From a virus (taxonomy: Duplodnaviria > Caudoviricetes), in the IMG/VR virus record IMGVR_UViG_3300028048_000069, positions 1 through 64,000 of that record: a DNA stretch of 64,000 nt, one strand, 5' to 3'. Every line of letters starts with the position of its first letter. Position 1 is the stretch's first letter. Below are positions 40,461 to 49,879 of this stretch, in pieces. The translations under genes and the position numbers were made by a program. The notes below the pieces were generated by a model. The model ran no database searches. It was not told the DNA's origin and saw only the letters and a list, made by a program, of their open reading frames with translations.

Positions 40461-42638
40461 ATGGAAAACATAGAAGTAAAAAAACCACTTAAAGTTAATT
40501 TTAAAGGTAAGTACATCCCAAACGAAGAAGATAAACAATATCAAGTAGAATTAGATAAACTTACTGATAAAACATTTGCAGATGCGGGTAATACTAGAAC
40601 CATTAAAAATATTAGGGAAACTTTAATTTGGGCATTAAAGAAAAAATATGGTAAAACAAATGGTGAATTAAAAGCAATTACTGATGGTTTATTAAAAATT
40701 CATGGTTTGCACGAAGATAATTTTGACCATATTAATTTATTTTCTAAATATATGACTAAAAACATCAATGATTTATCGATTGATGCTAATGCTAATAAAT
40801 CAGAAAAGTCAGTTAAAGGAGTGCTAAAAGATTTAGAGTTAAGTTCTGATAAACTTATCGGCTATGATATGCTTTATCGTACTATGAAGGAAATGTATGG
40901 TCAGGATGAGGCAAAAAGATTAGCAGGCGAAATGTATGATTTATCTTTAGGTCTGGCCGACAGTTCAAATATTTTAATTCCTTATTGTTGGGCAATTGAT
41001 GCTTCTAAACTAATTACAATGGGCAGAGATTTTGGAGTATTGCCTTCGAAACCATCTAAACGATTATCCTCTTATATTTCTGCTTTATGTGAAACAATCC
41101 ATCAGTTAGCGAGCCATTTAGCAGGTGCTGTTGCTATTGGTTCATTCTTTACAGATGCTGCTCATATTTTGATTTACAAAGAGCGTATACCCTTGAAAGA
41201 TATTAAAGAAAATAAGAAGATTAGAAAGCAGATTGAAAATGAGTTTCAACAATTTGTACATTCTGTAAACTTCCTTTCTAGAAATGGTAACGAAAGTCCT
41301 TTTACAAATATTTCTGTATTTGATAAAGAAAAATTAGATACATTCTTATCCGCAGATAACTATGGTTGGTTATTCCCAAATAGAATTGAAGTGTGTGTTG
41401 ATAATAATATGAAAGGTGAAGAAGTAAATGGGGAATGTACCTATAAAGTATCTAAAGAAGAGTTCAAAGAGTTTGTAAAGGATTATGTTTTTGAATTGCA
41501 GAAGATATTTGTAGATTTTTTTGATAAGGGCGACCCGATGAATGGTGGTATTAATTATCGTTTTCCTGTTGTAACTGTAAACTTTTCAAAACATAAAAAT
41601 GAAGAAACGGGTAGAGATGAGTTGGATCCACATAATGAACTTCTTGAATATATGATTAAGAAAGATATTTCTAAATATAATATCTTTACTTCATATGGTA
41701 CAAAGATTTGTTCTTGCTGTCGTATGATTAACAACACAGAACTTATGGATATGGCCGCTTCTGTAAATAGTTTTGGTGGAAGTAATGTATCTTTAGGTTC
41801 ACATAGAGTTGTTACTACAAATTTTGCTCGTATAGCCTATGAAGCAGAAGATTACGAAGAGTTTTTGGAAATTTTGAAAGATAGAGTTTACTCATCCGCT
41901 AAAATTTTAAAAGCGCATAGAGTATTGCTCACTAAATTAACTGAATTAGGTTTAGAACCATTTATTAAAAATGGTTGGATAAATATGAATAGAATGTTTA
42001 GTACATATGGTGTACTAGGCATTGTAGAAGCAGAACAAATTATTAAGCAAAAATTTGGAAAGAAAGATTTTGACTATATGGGCGATATATTAGTCAAGTT
42101 TAATACTTTATGTAAAGAGGCATCTGCTGAAAATGGTATTATTTTTAACATTGAACAAATTCCAGCCGAGAGTTTTGCAGTAAGATTGGCAGATGCGGAT
42201 AAATTATTATATGGAAATCCTTATGGATTAGACCCACTTTATGGAAATCAATTTGTACCTCTTTGGAAGAAAGCAGGTATTTATGAAAGATTGGAAATTG
42301 ATGGTAAATATAATCAATTATTAAGTGGTGGTGGTATTGTACACGCTCAAGCAAATAGTAAAGTTACTTCTACACAAGCCAAAAACATTATTTTACACGC
42401 AGTTGAGTGCGGATGCGAACACTTTGCTATAAATGTAGTTTATACACAGTGTACAGAATGCCATAATGTTGTTATAGGTAATGCTGATATTTGTCCAAAA
42501 TGTGGCGGAAAGCATTTTGACCATTATTCTAGGGTTATTGGTTTCTTTACAAAGGTAGAAGATTGGAATCCAACTAGAAGGGATTGGGAATTCCAGCGCA
42601 GACAATTTGTTGACCTTAAACAAGCCGATAAAAAATAG
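40461..42638 (+). CDS. nrdD: Anaerobic (class III) ribonucleoside-triphosphate reductase
   Basis: SPFTN, FPV.T, SCCR, EQIPAES, Zn site CTEC...CPKC and glycyl-radical loop YSRVIGF. Confidence 0.93.
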   Translation: MENIEVKKPLKVNFKGKYIPNEEDKQYQVELDKLTDKTFADAGNTRTIKNIRETLIWALKKKYGKTNGELKAITDGLLKIHGLHEDNFDHINLFSKYMTKNINDLSIDANANKSEKSVKGVLKDLELSSDKLIGYDMLYRTMKEMYGQDEAKRLAGEMYDLSLGLADSSNILIPYCWAIDASKLITMGRDFGVLPSKPSKRLSSYISALCETIHQLASHLAGAVAIGSFFTDAAHILIYKERIPLKDIKENKKIRKQIENEFQQFVHSVNFLSRNGNESPFTNISVFDKEKLDTFLSADNYGWLFPNRIEVCVDNNMKGEEVNGECTYKVSKEEFKEFVKDYVFELQKIFVDFFDKGDPMNGGINYRFPVVTVNFSKHKNEETGRDELDPHNELLEYMIKKDISKYNIFTSYGTKICSCCRMINNTELMDMAASVNSFGGSNVSLGSHRVVTTNFARIAYEAEDYEEFLEILKDRVYSSAKILKAHRVLLTKLTELGLEPFIKNGWINMNRMFSTYGVLGIVEAEQIIKQKFGKKDFDYMGDILVKFNTLCKEASAENGIIFNIEQIPAESFAVRLADADKLLYGNPYGLDPLYGNQFVPLWKKAGIYERLEIDGKYNQLLSGGGIVHAQANSKVTSTQAKNIILHAVECGCEHFAINVVYTQCTECHNVVIGNADICPKCGGKHFDHYSRVIGFFTKVEDWNPTRRDWEFQRRQFVDLKQADKK

Positions 42639-42642
42639 TCTA

Positions 42643-42659
42643 TCATTTATATTTAATAT
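42643..42659 (+). promoter_or_regulatory. Putative late promoter motif
   Basis: TCATTTATATTTAATAT. Confidence 0.6.
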
Positions 42660-42689
42660 ATAGATTTAGTAAGGGAAACATCATAAAAT

Positions 42690-44453
42690 ATGGCTAAAAA
42701 AGTAAAAGCATCAGAAGTTAAGAAAATGAATGATTTTATGCCTATATTGGCAAAAACAGAGAGTTCTTTTAAAAAGAAGGCCGATTTATCAACAGATATG
42801 GCTATGGATAGCAGTAGAGTACCTCTTTATTGGCAAGATCCTCTGTATGATAGCCAACTTATTATGTTTCCCGAGTACAATCTACCCGAGGCAAATAAGA
42901 GATATAGACATTATTATAAGTTTAATCCTATTTTATCTTCTTGTGTAGATGCTCATGCTACTTTCCCTTTATCTGATTTCCAAGTTCTTTGTGAAAATGA
43001 AGAAATAAGAGAATATTATCAATTTACAGCCGATAGATTAAATTTGCTAAATATTGCTGAAAATTCATTGAGAGATATTGCTCTATTAGGGGAGTCGGTT
43101 TATTTAGGTAATTGGGATGCGGTAAATTTGGAATGGGAAGAATGGGTACAATATCCACCAGAATTTGTGGATATTTTAACAGTTCCTGGTTCAAATAAAC
43201 GAGTATTTACTATTAAACCAGACCCAGAAACAAAAAGAATTTTGCAAGAACAATCTGAAGCAAAAGATATTCTTTATAAAGCCTTGGAAAAACAAGATAA
43301 AGCATATTTACAAGCCGCAATTGAAGATAAGCCATATGTAATGCCAGATGCTAGAATAATGTATTTAGCAAATCAAGTAGATGGTTATTCTAAACGCGGT
43401 TATCCTTTAACAAAACGCGCTTTGCCAGATTTGATGTATGAACAAAAACTTCGTTCATTACAACACACCTTTGTAGAAAGACATTTATTCCCTATTAAAA
43501 TCTTTAAATTGGGTTCGGAATCAATGGGATGGGTTCCTAGCAATAAGCATTTTCAACAATTTAAGAAATTGTTAATTCAAGCAGCGGGCGACCCAGATAT
43601 GAGTTTAATTTATCATTTTGGCTTACAAGTTGATTATGTAGGTACGAAAGATAAAATTGAAAATTTAATACCACATTTCGAATTTACTACAAAGCGTATT
43701 ATGCAAGCATTCTTTATGAATGATGCTTTAATGAATGGAGATGCGAGTTATGCAGGTCAAACTGCTAATACTCGTTTGTTAATGCATCGTTTTATGACGA
43801 AGAGAACAATGCTTGAACAAGCATTTATTAATAAGATTTATTTACCAATGGCCAGACAGCAGCAACTAATTAAGTCTACCATTGATGAAAAAAGAACTAG
43901 AACAATGGTAAAATCTAAACGATTTGCCAACACTAGATATTATTTACCAAGTTTTATGTGGCAAAAACAAAACTTGCTAAATAGCCAAGCGGAAAGACAA
44001 TTTTTAATGCAGTTGTTTGAAAGAGATGCTATACCTTGGGGTATTATTAGAGATGTATTTGGTTTAGACCAAAAAGTAATCGATTATTATAGAAAAGAAG
44101 ACCAAGCAACTCTTTCTAATGAATTAACTAGAGAAATTATTGACCAAACAGTTAAGGATGACCCTTCGCTTTCATTGAGATATGCTTTGGGCGAAGACCC
44201 TATTGAGTTGTTAAAGAATAAACTTAAACAAGATACTATTGCTCAAGATACTGAAAATAAATTGAATGAAAATGGACCAGATAAATCAGATGATATAGGT
44301 GGCGGTTTCGGCGGTGGTTTTGATAGTTCCGCACCTATAGATTTAGGACCAGATAGTTCAATGGAAACAGGAGAAGAACCTAGTTTAGATGAAACTGGGC
44401 CAAGTACAGGTGATGAAGGTGCTGAACCCCCTGCTGAACCACCTATGGAGTAA
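42690..44453 (+). CDS. Portal protein
   Basis: YY..NP...CVD....P, G..Y, RGYP and FP...FKLG motifs of large-phage portals; acidic Gly-rich tail; near terL. Confidence 0.7.
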   Translation: MAKKVKASEVKKMNDFMPILAKTESSFKKKADLSTDMAMDSSRVPLYWQDPLYDSQLIMFPEYNLPEANKRYRHYYKFNPILSSCVDAHATFPLSDFQVLCENEEIREYYQFTADRLNLLNIAENSLRDIALLGESVYLGNWDAVNLEWEEWVQYPPEFVDILTVPGSNKRVFTIKPDPETKRILQEQSEAKDILYKALEKQDKAYLQAAIEDKPYVMPDARIMYLANQVDGYSKRGYPLTKRALPDLMYEQKLRSLQHTFVERHLFPIKIFKLGSESMGWVPSNKHFQQFKKLLIQAAGDPDMSLIYHFGLQVDYVGTKDKIENLIPHFEFTTKRIMQAFFMNDALMNGDASYAGQTANTRLLMHRFMTKRTMLEQAFINKIYLPMARQQQLIKSTIDEKRTRTMVKSKRFANTRYYLPSFMWQKQNLLNSQAERQFLMQLFERDAIPWGIIRDVFGLDQKVIDYYRKEDQATLSNELTREIIDQTVKDDPSLSLRYALGEDPIELLKNKLKQDTIAQDTENKLNENGPDKSDDIGGGFGGGFDSSAPIDLGPDSSMETGEEPSLDETGPSTGDEGAEPPAEPPME

Positions 44454-44458
44454 ATTAT

Positions 44459-45082
44459 ATGAAATTTATAAGAGTATTAAAATCTAGCCTACCAAACGAA
44501 AATTCATTGGGCGAACTTATTGCCAATAACGAGCAAACTTTACAAAATTTTTGGAATTGGTTTAATGGTAGTAAGGTTGTTGATGAACAAGGTAGACCAT
44601 TAGTTGTTTATCATGGAACCATGTCAGATTTTAATGAATTTAATACTAATTATGTTTTTTCAACAAATGATATAGAAACAGCAAAAAGATATGGACATAC
44701 ATTATCATTATATTTAAATATAAAAAATCCTTATATTATAAATGCCGATGGAGATATATGGAGTGAAGTTCAAATTCCAAAAGAAATTAAAGAAAATTTT
44801 TCATATCATATAGAGAATATTCAATATGAGATATACAGTGATGCTCAATTTGAAGAAGATGAAGAATATTATAGCAATGTATTACCTATAAGAGAAATTG
44901 TAGATATAATAAGTACAAATAGAGATATTATACAATGCGATGGAATTATAGTTAACGATATTAAAGAAGATGAAGGTATTGTAGACGATTATATAGTGTT
45001 TAACTCAAATCAGATAAAATCCATTAAAAATAATAATGCTTATAAATCTGAAGATAACAGTATATATGGTAGCAAGTTATGA
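44459..45082 (+). CDS. ART-PolyVal-like ADP-ribosyltransferase domain protein with MKF..KS leader
   Basis: SKVVDEQGRPLVVYHGT...FS....AKRYG...YLNIKNP...DGII...YIVFNSNQIKS; leader MKFIRVLKS. Confidence 0.7.
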   Translation: MKFIRVLKSSLPNENSLGELIANNEQTLQNFWNWFNGSKVVDEQGRPLVVYHGTMSDFNEFNTNYVFSTNDIETAKRYGHTLSLYLNIKNPYIINADGDIWSEVQIPKEIKENFSYHIENIQYEIYSDAQFEEDEEYYSNVLPIREIVDIISTNRDIIQCDGIIVNDIKEDEGIVDDYIVFNSNQIKSIKNNNAYKSEDNSIYGSKL

Positions 45083-46002
45083 TTCTTACATTTCCAGATA
45101 AGATTTTGGTTGAGAATTTATGTCATGGACCTAAAGGAAAATATAAGATTTCTTGGTCTGCATCTCCTCTTGCAACTTCTTATAATATTTATAGATCCAG
45201 AACTCCTTATGGTTGTGCAGACCTGATTAATAATACAACTGAATTATATTATATAGATACAGATTTTGAAATTATTGATGGGACAGAATGTTATTATAGA
45301 ATATCATCTGTTATGGCAGTTCCTGATAAAGATGGAAATATGATAGTTTCGGAATCAGAATTATCTAGATTTCAAGGCGCGCCTAATACTACAGAATATA
45401 TGGAGACAACTGCTGGTACTTGGACAGACTCTAATAATACTAGATGGGATCCACATGATAATAAATATCCGAATGGCGAATCATCTTATATAGGTACTAA
45501 TTATCTTCCATTAAATGTTTTAAGACGATATCAGTTTAATAAAATAGTTCGTGATGAGTTGTGGTTATTACAAGATCGTGGTGAACCAGTTTATCTTATT
45601 AAAAAGAAAAGAGTTAATTATGAAACAGATACCGAAGATGATGATAGAAGAGTTGGAAGAAAAAATAATGTTCAATATTTCTGTCCTATTATCATTTGGT
45701 CATCTATTGCAAGTCCAGGACAAACACATCTAGTAACTTATAGAGGGGCAGCATTAGAGAAAAATACAAGATGCTGGACTATCTATACACCTAAATTGGA
45801 TGATGGGGATATTATTATTACCAAAGATAATAAGCGTTGGGAAATTCAAAATGTTACTTATCAAAGAAGTTGGCGCGGTTCTGTAACATGGCAAGCATAT
45901 GATTTGAAAGCATTACCTGTAACTGACCCAGTTTATTCTCATCCACAATTAAAATGTTTAGATGGTTCTAAGTTATATCAAAAGAAACATTTCTGGCAGT
46001 AA
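45079..46002 (+). CDS. Putative neck/head-closure protein with N-terminal Fn3-like domain
   Basis: ISWSA..ATSYNIYRS...YYRISSV (Fn3-like); C-terminal WT...P.L..GD.I....RW.I..V. Confidence 0.5.
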   Translation: MILTFPDKILVENLCHGPKGKYKISWSASPLATSYNIYRSRTPYGCADLINNTTELYYIDTDFEIIDGTECYYRISSVMAVPDKDGNMIVSESELSRFQGAPNTTEYMETTAGTWTDSNNTRWDPHDNKYPNGESSYIGTNYLPLNVLRRYQFNKIVRDELWLLQDRGEPVYLIKKKRVNYETDTEDDDRRVGRKNNVQYFCPIIIWSSIASPGQTHLVTYRGAALEKNTRCWTIYTPKLDDGDIIITKDNKRWEIQNVTYQRSWRGSVTWQAYDLKALPVTDPVYSHPQLKCLDGSKLYQKKHFWQ

Positions 46003-46020
46003 AAATTGTTGGAGGGTTAA

Positions 46021-47544
46021 ATGGGCAAAATTACATCTAAACAAGATGTTATTCGCGAATATAAATCGTTGTTAAACGATTTTCTATCAACAACAGGTTC
46101 AAATAAAATCACCAGAAAATATTATAGGGAACATTCAAAATTTCCTTATTTATATGAAAAATTTTTTGGCAGTTTTGATGAATTAAAGAAAACCTTTTCA
46201 ATAGACCTACCTGAAAGAAAAATAATCAAAAAACGAGTAGTAATTTCTTCCATACTTCCTAATACAGAATTAGATAAAGATTTTATTCAAGCAATGGAAA
46301 ACTATTGTTTGAATAATAATGCTCAATTATTATTAGTTCCTATAAAGGGTGTTCGTGGAGAAACAACTTTTGATGAAAAAATAATGGTTAGATATGGCGG
46401 TTATTTTACAACAGAAGCAACCTTTAATGAAAATCTTAAATTAGTAAATACAGGTATAACTGCAAATAATAAAAATCCTTTAGTAAGTATAAAAGAGTTA
46501 GGCCATAAAGAATATTCTACAATTGTAGCATCCACTAAACAATGTATGGAGATGATACCTTCCATAAATAAAGGTAAAACTCATTTAATTTATTTAACAG
46601 GCACTTGTTCTAAACCTATTTACAATAAGAATATAACTGGTACAATAAATGCAAATAACAATAAAGTAGGCGGTTTAGTAGTAGAGATAGAAAGTGATAG
46701 AATATTTTACATAAGAAATATTGAATGGATAAATGGATACTTTGTAGATTTAAATAAAGCCTATTATAAAGACCATATAGAAAATATACAAGCAGAAGCC
46801 ATTGTAGCAGGGGATTTGCATTTAAGTGGCGACGAAGATGATAAAGCATTAGACTTATTAGATAAGGAAATGCGCCTACTTAAAGCAAAAAGGCTCGTAA
46901 TTCACGATTTTTGTAGCCATAATACAATTAATCATCACGAACAAGATAATTGGATTAAAATGGCAAAATTGACAAATAAATTCCATAGTTTACAAGATGA
47001 GCATAAATATACCGCAGAAAGGTTTAACAAATTTGCTAAAGATTTAAAAAATGTTGAATTTATAGTTGTAAAAAGTAATCACGATAGATGGTTGCATAAG
47101 TATTTAGGAAATAGAAGTTTATGGATTAAAGATAATTGTAATGCTTTTTATGCTCATACCTTATGTGGATATGCTCTACAAGGTATGGATCCTTTTGAGG
47201 CCACTATGAGAACATTTTTAGATAAAAAATTAAATGTTAAATTTCTTATGGATGGGCAAACTTATAGAATAGCCGATACAGAACTATCTTTACATGGCGA
47301 TATAGGAAATAATGGGGGACCTGCAACATTAAGAAGTATAGAATTAAGTGCTGGAAAATGTATTATAGGGCATAGTCATCAGCCTAGAATGGGTTTTTAT
47401 GGAATACAAGTAGGAACAAATACAAAGGTCGATTTAGGTTATAATATTGGTGGTAGCAGTTGGCATAATGGTAATGCCAGTTTATATAAAGATGGGCATA
47501 AACAATTGCTTTTGGGTGTAAATTATAAGATTTCAATAAAATAA
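46021..47544 (+). CDS. Large calcineurin-like metallophosphoesterase
   Basis: GDLH, HD, SNHD, HGD and GHSH motifs. Confidence 0.75.
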   Translation: MGKITSKQDVIREYKSLLNDFLSTTGSNKITRKYYREHSKFPYLYEKFFGSFDELKKTFSIDLPERKIIKKRVVISSILPNTELDKDFIQAMENYCLNNNAQLLLVPIKGVRGETTFDEKIMVRYGGYFTTEATFNENLKLVNTGITANNKNPLVSIKELGHKEYSTIVASTKQCMEMIPSINKGKTHLIYLTGTCSKPIYNKNITGTINANNNKVGGLVVEIESDRIFYIRNIEWINGYFVDLNKAYYKDHIENIQAEAIVAGDLHLSGDEDDKALDLLDKEMRLLKAKRLVIHDFCSHNTINHHEQDNWIKMAKLTNKFHSLQDEHKYTAERFNKFAKDLKNVEFIVVKSNHDRWLHKYLGNRSLWIKDNCNAFYAHTLCGYALQGMDPFEATMRTFLDKKLNVKFLMDGQTYRIADTELSLHGDIGNNGGPATLRSIELSAGKCIIGHSHQPRMGFYGIQVGTNTKVDLGYNIGGSSWHNGNASLYKDGHKQLLLGVNYKISIK

Positions 47545-47547
47545 TTG

Positions 47548-47576
47548 TTGACAAATCATTTATAATTTTGTAGTAT
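47548..47576 (+). promoter_or_regulatory. sigma70-like promoter
   Basis: TTGACA, 17-nt spacer, TAGTAT. Confidence 0.6.
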
Positions 47577-47598
47577 ATAATTTAGAGGTACTATAAAT

Positions 47599-47928
47599 AT
47601 GTACATTGATAATATTAAAAAATTGCACGACCAATTAAAAGAACTGATATTTGTATGTGATGATATAGAAACAGCAGATGCAGATGGTCAAGGGTATGAT
47701 TTAGATAATCTCATATCTATTATTAATAAATGGATAAATTCATCAATATGGAATATGAAAAGTGATGAATTTAGAATGCATTTTGGAGAATGGGAAGATA
47801 AGGATTTAAGTGATGTATTTTGGCCTTATGCAGATACAGTAATAGAGATGAAAGATAAATTGCGGAAAGATTATAATAAGTTAGTAAGAATAGATTATAG
47901 ATTGAAGGAAGAATTAAAAGTCAAATAA
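47599..47928 (+). CDS. Hypothetical protein
   Basis: 109-aa ORF with GAGG RBS and its own promoter. Confidence 0.6.
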   Translation: MYIDNIKKLHDQLKELIFVCDDIETADADGQGYDLDNLISIINKWINSSIWNMKSDEFRMHFGEWEDKDLSDVFWPYADTVIEMKDKLRKDYNKLVRIDYRLKEELKVK

Positions 47929-47962
47929 AAATTAGTATAATATGTATATATAGGAGAACAAG

Positions 47963-48385
47963 ATGACAGAAAAAATCGAAGTTTCGTTGACTTTTAATGA
48001 TTTTGCTAAAAATCACAAGTCAGCGATTGAACTAAAACAACTAGATGCTAAAAATTATAAGGCATTATTAACTGTTAAAGCGGTAGAAGACCAAACTAAA
48101 GATATTGGTTTTTCTGATGCTTGGAAAAAAGAATTAGCAGATAAAATTGCTGAATTAAAACCATTAGCAGAAGAAGAATTAAAATCAGCAAGCGAAAATA
48201 TTAATACTTATTTATTCAATTTGGTAAAAGAAGTTATTGCTTATCATAGAGCAGTAGTAGAAATGCCAAAGGATGAAAAGATTAAAGAATTATCAAATAC
48301 AATTCGTTCTATTATTGCCGCAGGTGGCGGTCAATTGGAAGCAGAATTTGTATTTAATTTAGTTAAAGTGTTGTACATTAAATAA
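47963..48385 (+). CDS. Hypothetical protein
   Basis: 140-aa ORF with AGGAG RBS; TTAGTATAATAT at 47932. Confidence 0.65.
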   Translation: MTEKIEVSLTFNDFAKNHKSAIELKQLDAKNYKALLTVKAVEDQTKDIGFSDAWKKELADKIAELKPLAEEELKSASENINTYLFNLVKEVIAYHRAVVEMPKDEKIKELSNTIRSIIAAGGGQLEAEFVFNLVKVLYIK

Positions 48386-48416
48386 GTATAATATAATTGA
48401 TATTTGATAATATGAT

Positions 48417-48489
48417 TGCGGAGAAGACAGCCAGTGCGGTCGGGAGTCTCATAAACTCTTCTAGATTGGTGCAACTCCAATCTCCGCTA
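48417..48489 (+). tRNA. tRNA-Met(CAT), possibly initiator type
   Basis: Cloverleaf; anticodon loop CTCATAA; 1:72 mismatch; T-loop TGCAACT. Confidence 0.75.
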
Positions 48490-48496
48490 TAATTAT

Positions 48497-49205
48497 AAGC
48501 AGATATATGTCGGAGGCAGAAGTGTATATCACAATATAGATTAATTACCTATTATTGTAAAATGCTTGGGAAACGCAGGTCGGGAATAGTGAACTTCGCG
48601 AATACATTGGCCGATAATACCGACAGCCCACGATTTAGGTGTAATAACCTAATAAAAAGGACATAAGGAATGGTAGTGCTCTTATGTGTGCCAATGGAAT
48701 GGAGTGTGAATGCCTACTTACGCTTTAGGTAACTATAGTAAGTCCTAAAGAAGTGGTTCCAAGGGTACGGGAACTGAAAACTAGACCCATTAGTGTAGTT
48801 TCGGCTACCTTAAACAAACCGAATAACGCTTGGCTTTAAAATCTGACAATGGATGGAACGACTCCAATTAAAATAAAGTTCCTGCCAAGTTTGGATATAA
48901 GAGTATTGTAGCAATCCTTTAGATAATTTTCTTCTAAAGCAAAAAACTATAAGAAATTATATCTTAAATTACTAGAAAGGTAATACAGCAAGTGATGGTT
49001 TGTTGGCTTGTGAGGACAAGTTATTAACATAGTATCCTATTAGGTAGAGTTCATCACTACCGAGATAGGAGAGTTTAGATGACTAAACCTTAAACCGATG
49101 TCAGGAATGAAAAGTGTACTGACTTCCTCCTAGTAAGTAGTGATATTATATAAATGCTGTAAATATAGCGACTTGTGGCTAGTGATTACTATTTATATAA
49201 TGTTT
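48497..49205 (+). ncRNA. Large ornate structured ncRNA (GOLLD/ROOL-like class, family unconfirmed)
   Basis: ORF-free ~700 nt between tRNAs with more than 15 complementary stems, including long-range and pseudoknot pairings. Confidence 0.7.
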
Positions 49206-49346
49206 ATTGACAACCTACTCGGGCTTAACTATATACGCGAGGACGCGAGAATAGACCGCCAAAACAGAGTTATAAGAGATACTAGTTAATTCTTATACAA
49301 GTTTTACCACTTTACTTGAGGAGCCATAAAGTGGATGATATTTTAT

Positions 49347-49417
49347 TCCCTTGTGGTGAAACAGTATCACGATCGGCTGTTAACCGATTATTCTGGGGGC
49401 AGAACCCAGCGAGGGAG
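49347..49417 (+). tRNA. tRNA-Asn(GTT)
   Basis: ATCGG-CTGTTAA-CCGAT arm; TCCCTTG/CGAGGGA acceptor; atypical T-loop. Confidence 0.75.
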
Positions 49418-49429
49418 TTCACTTTAATT

Positions 49430-49789
49430 ATGTTTTTTGATAGACTTAAAAATTGGTTATTTAAATATAACATAGAAACAGATGCTTATTCAGTTGGTGA
49501 GAAGATAAAAATATATGTGAGTTATATGTGTGGTAAAAACCATAATGAGTTTGGTGCTCGCGTGTGTAAATCAGATAAGTATAATCACTATAAAGACAGT
49601 ATTTGTTTTAAAGATGAAGAAGATGTTTTGAATTGGGTATGTAACCATAAACCTAGTTTTATAAGTCTTATATGTAATATTGAAGACCATAAAGCATCGG
49701 ATTTTTTTGGTATATTTGATAAACTACCCCAATATGTAAATAGAATAAAAGAATCATATTGGGAGAATGGTTTTAAGATATTTGATTAG
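49430..49789 (+). CDS. Hypothetical protein (start revised to ATG 49430)
   Basis: The upstream part of the track ORF is tRNA-Asn. Confidence 0.55.
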   Translation: MFFDRLKNWLFKYNIETDAYSVGEKIKIYVSYMCGKNHNEFGARVCKSDKYNHYKDSICFKDEEDVLNWVCNHKPSFISLICNIEDHKASDFFGIFDKLPQYVNRIKESYWENGFKIFD

Positions 49790-49795
49790 ATTTAA

Positions 49796-49869
49796 GCGGG
49801 TATAGTTCAGTTGGTTAGAACGCTGCCCTGTCAAGGCAGAGGTCGTCGGTTCGAGTCCGATTGCCCGCG
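49796..49869 (+). tRNA. tRNA-Asp(GTC)
   Basis: CTGCC-CTGTCAA-GGCAG arm; GGTTCGAGTCC. Confidence 0.9.
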
Positions 49870-49879
49870 AATTTTATTT

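Noticed and set aside
40461-42638. Intron or intein in nrdD (or in terL)
   Set aside because: Both ORFs are continuous, of normal length, and lack splice motifs.
49316-49879. N-terminal extensions of ORFs 49316 and 49811
   Set aside because: They overlap tRNA-Asn and tRNA-Asp; the downstream ATGs at 49430 and 49880 are the plausible starts.
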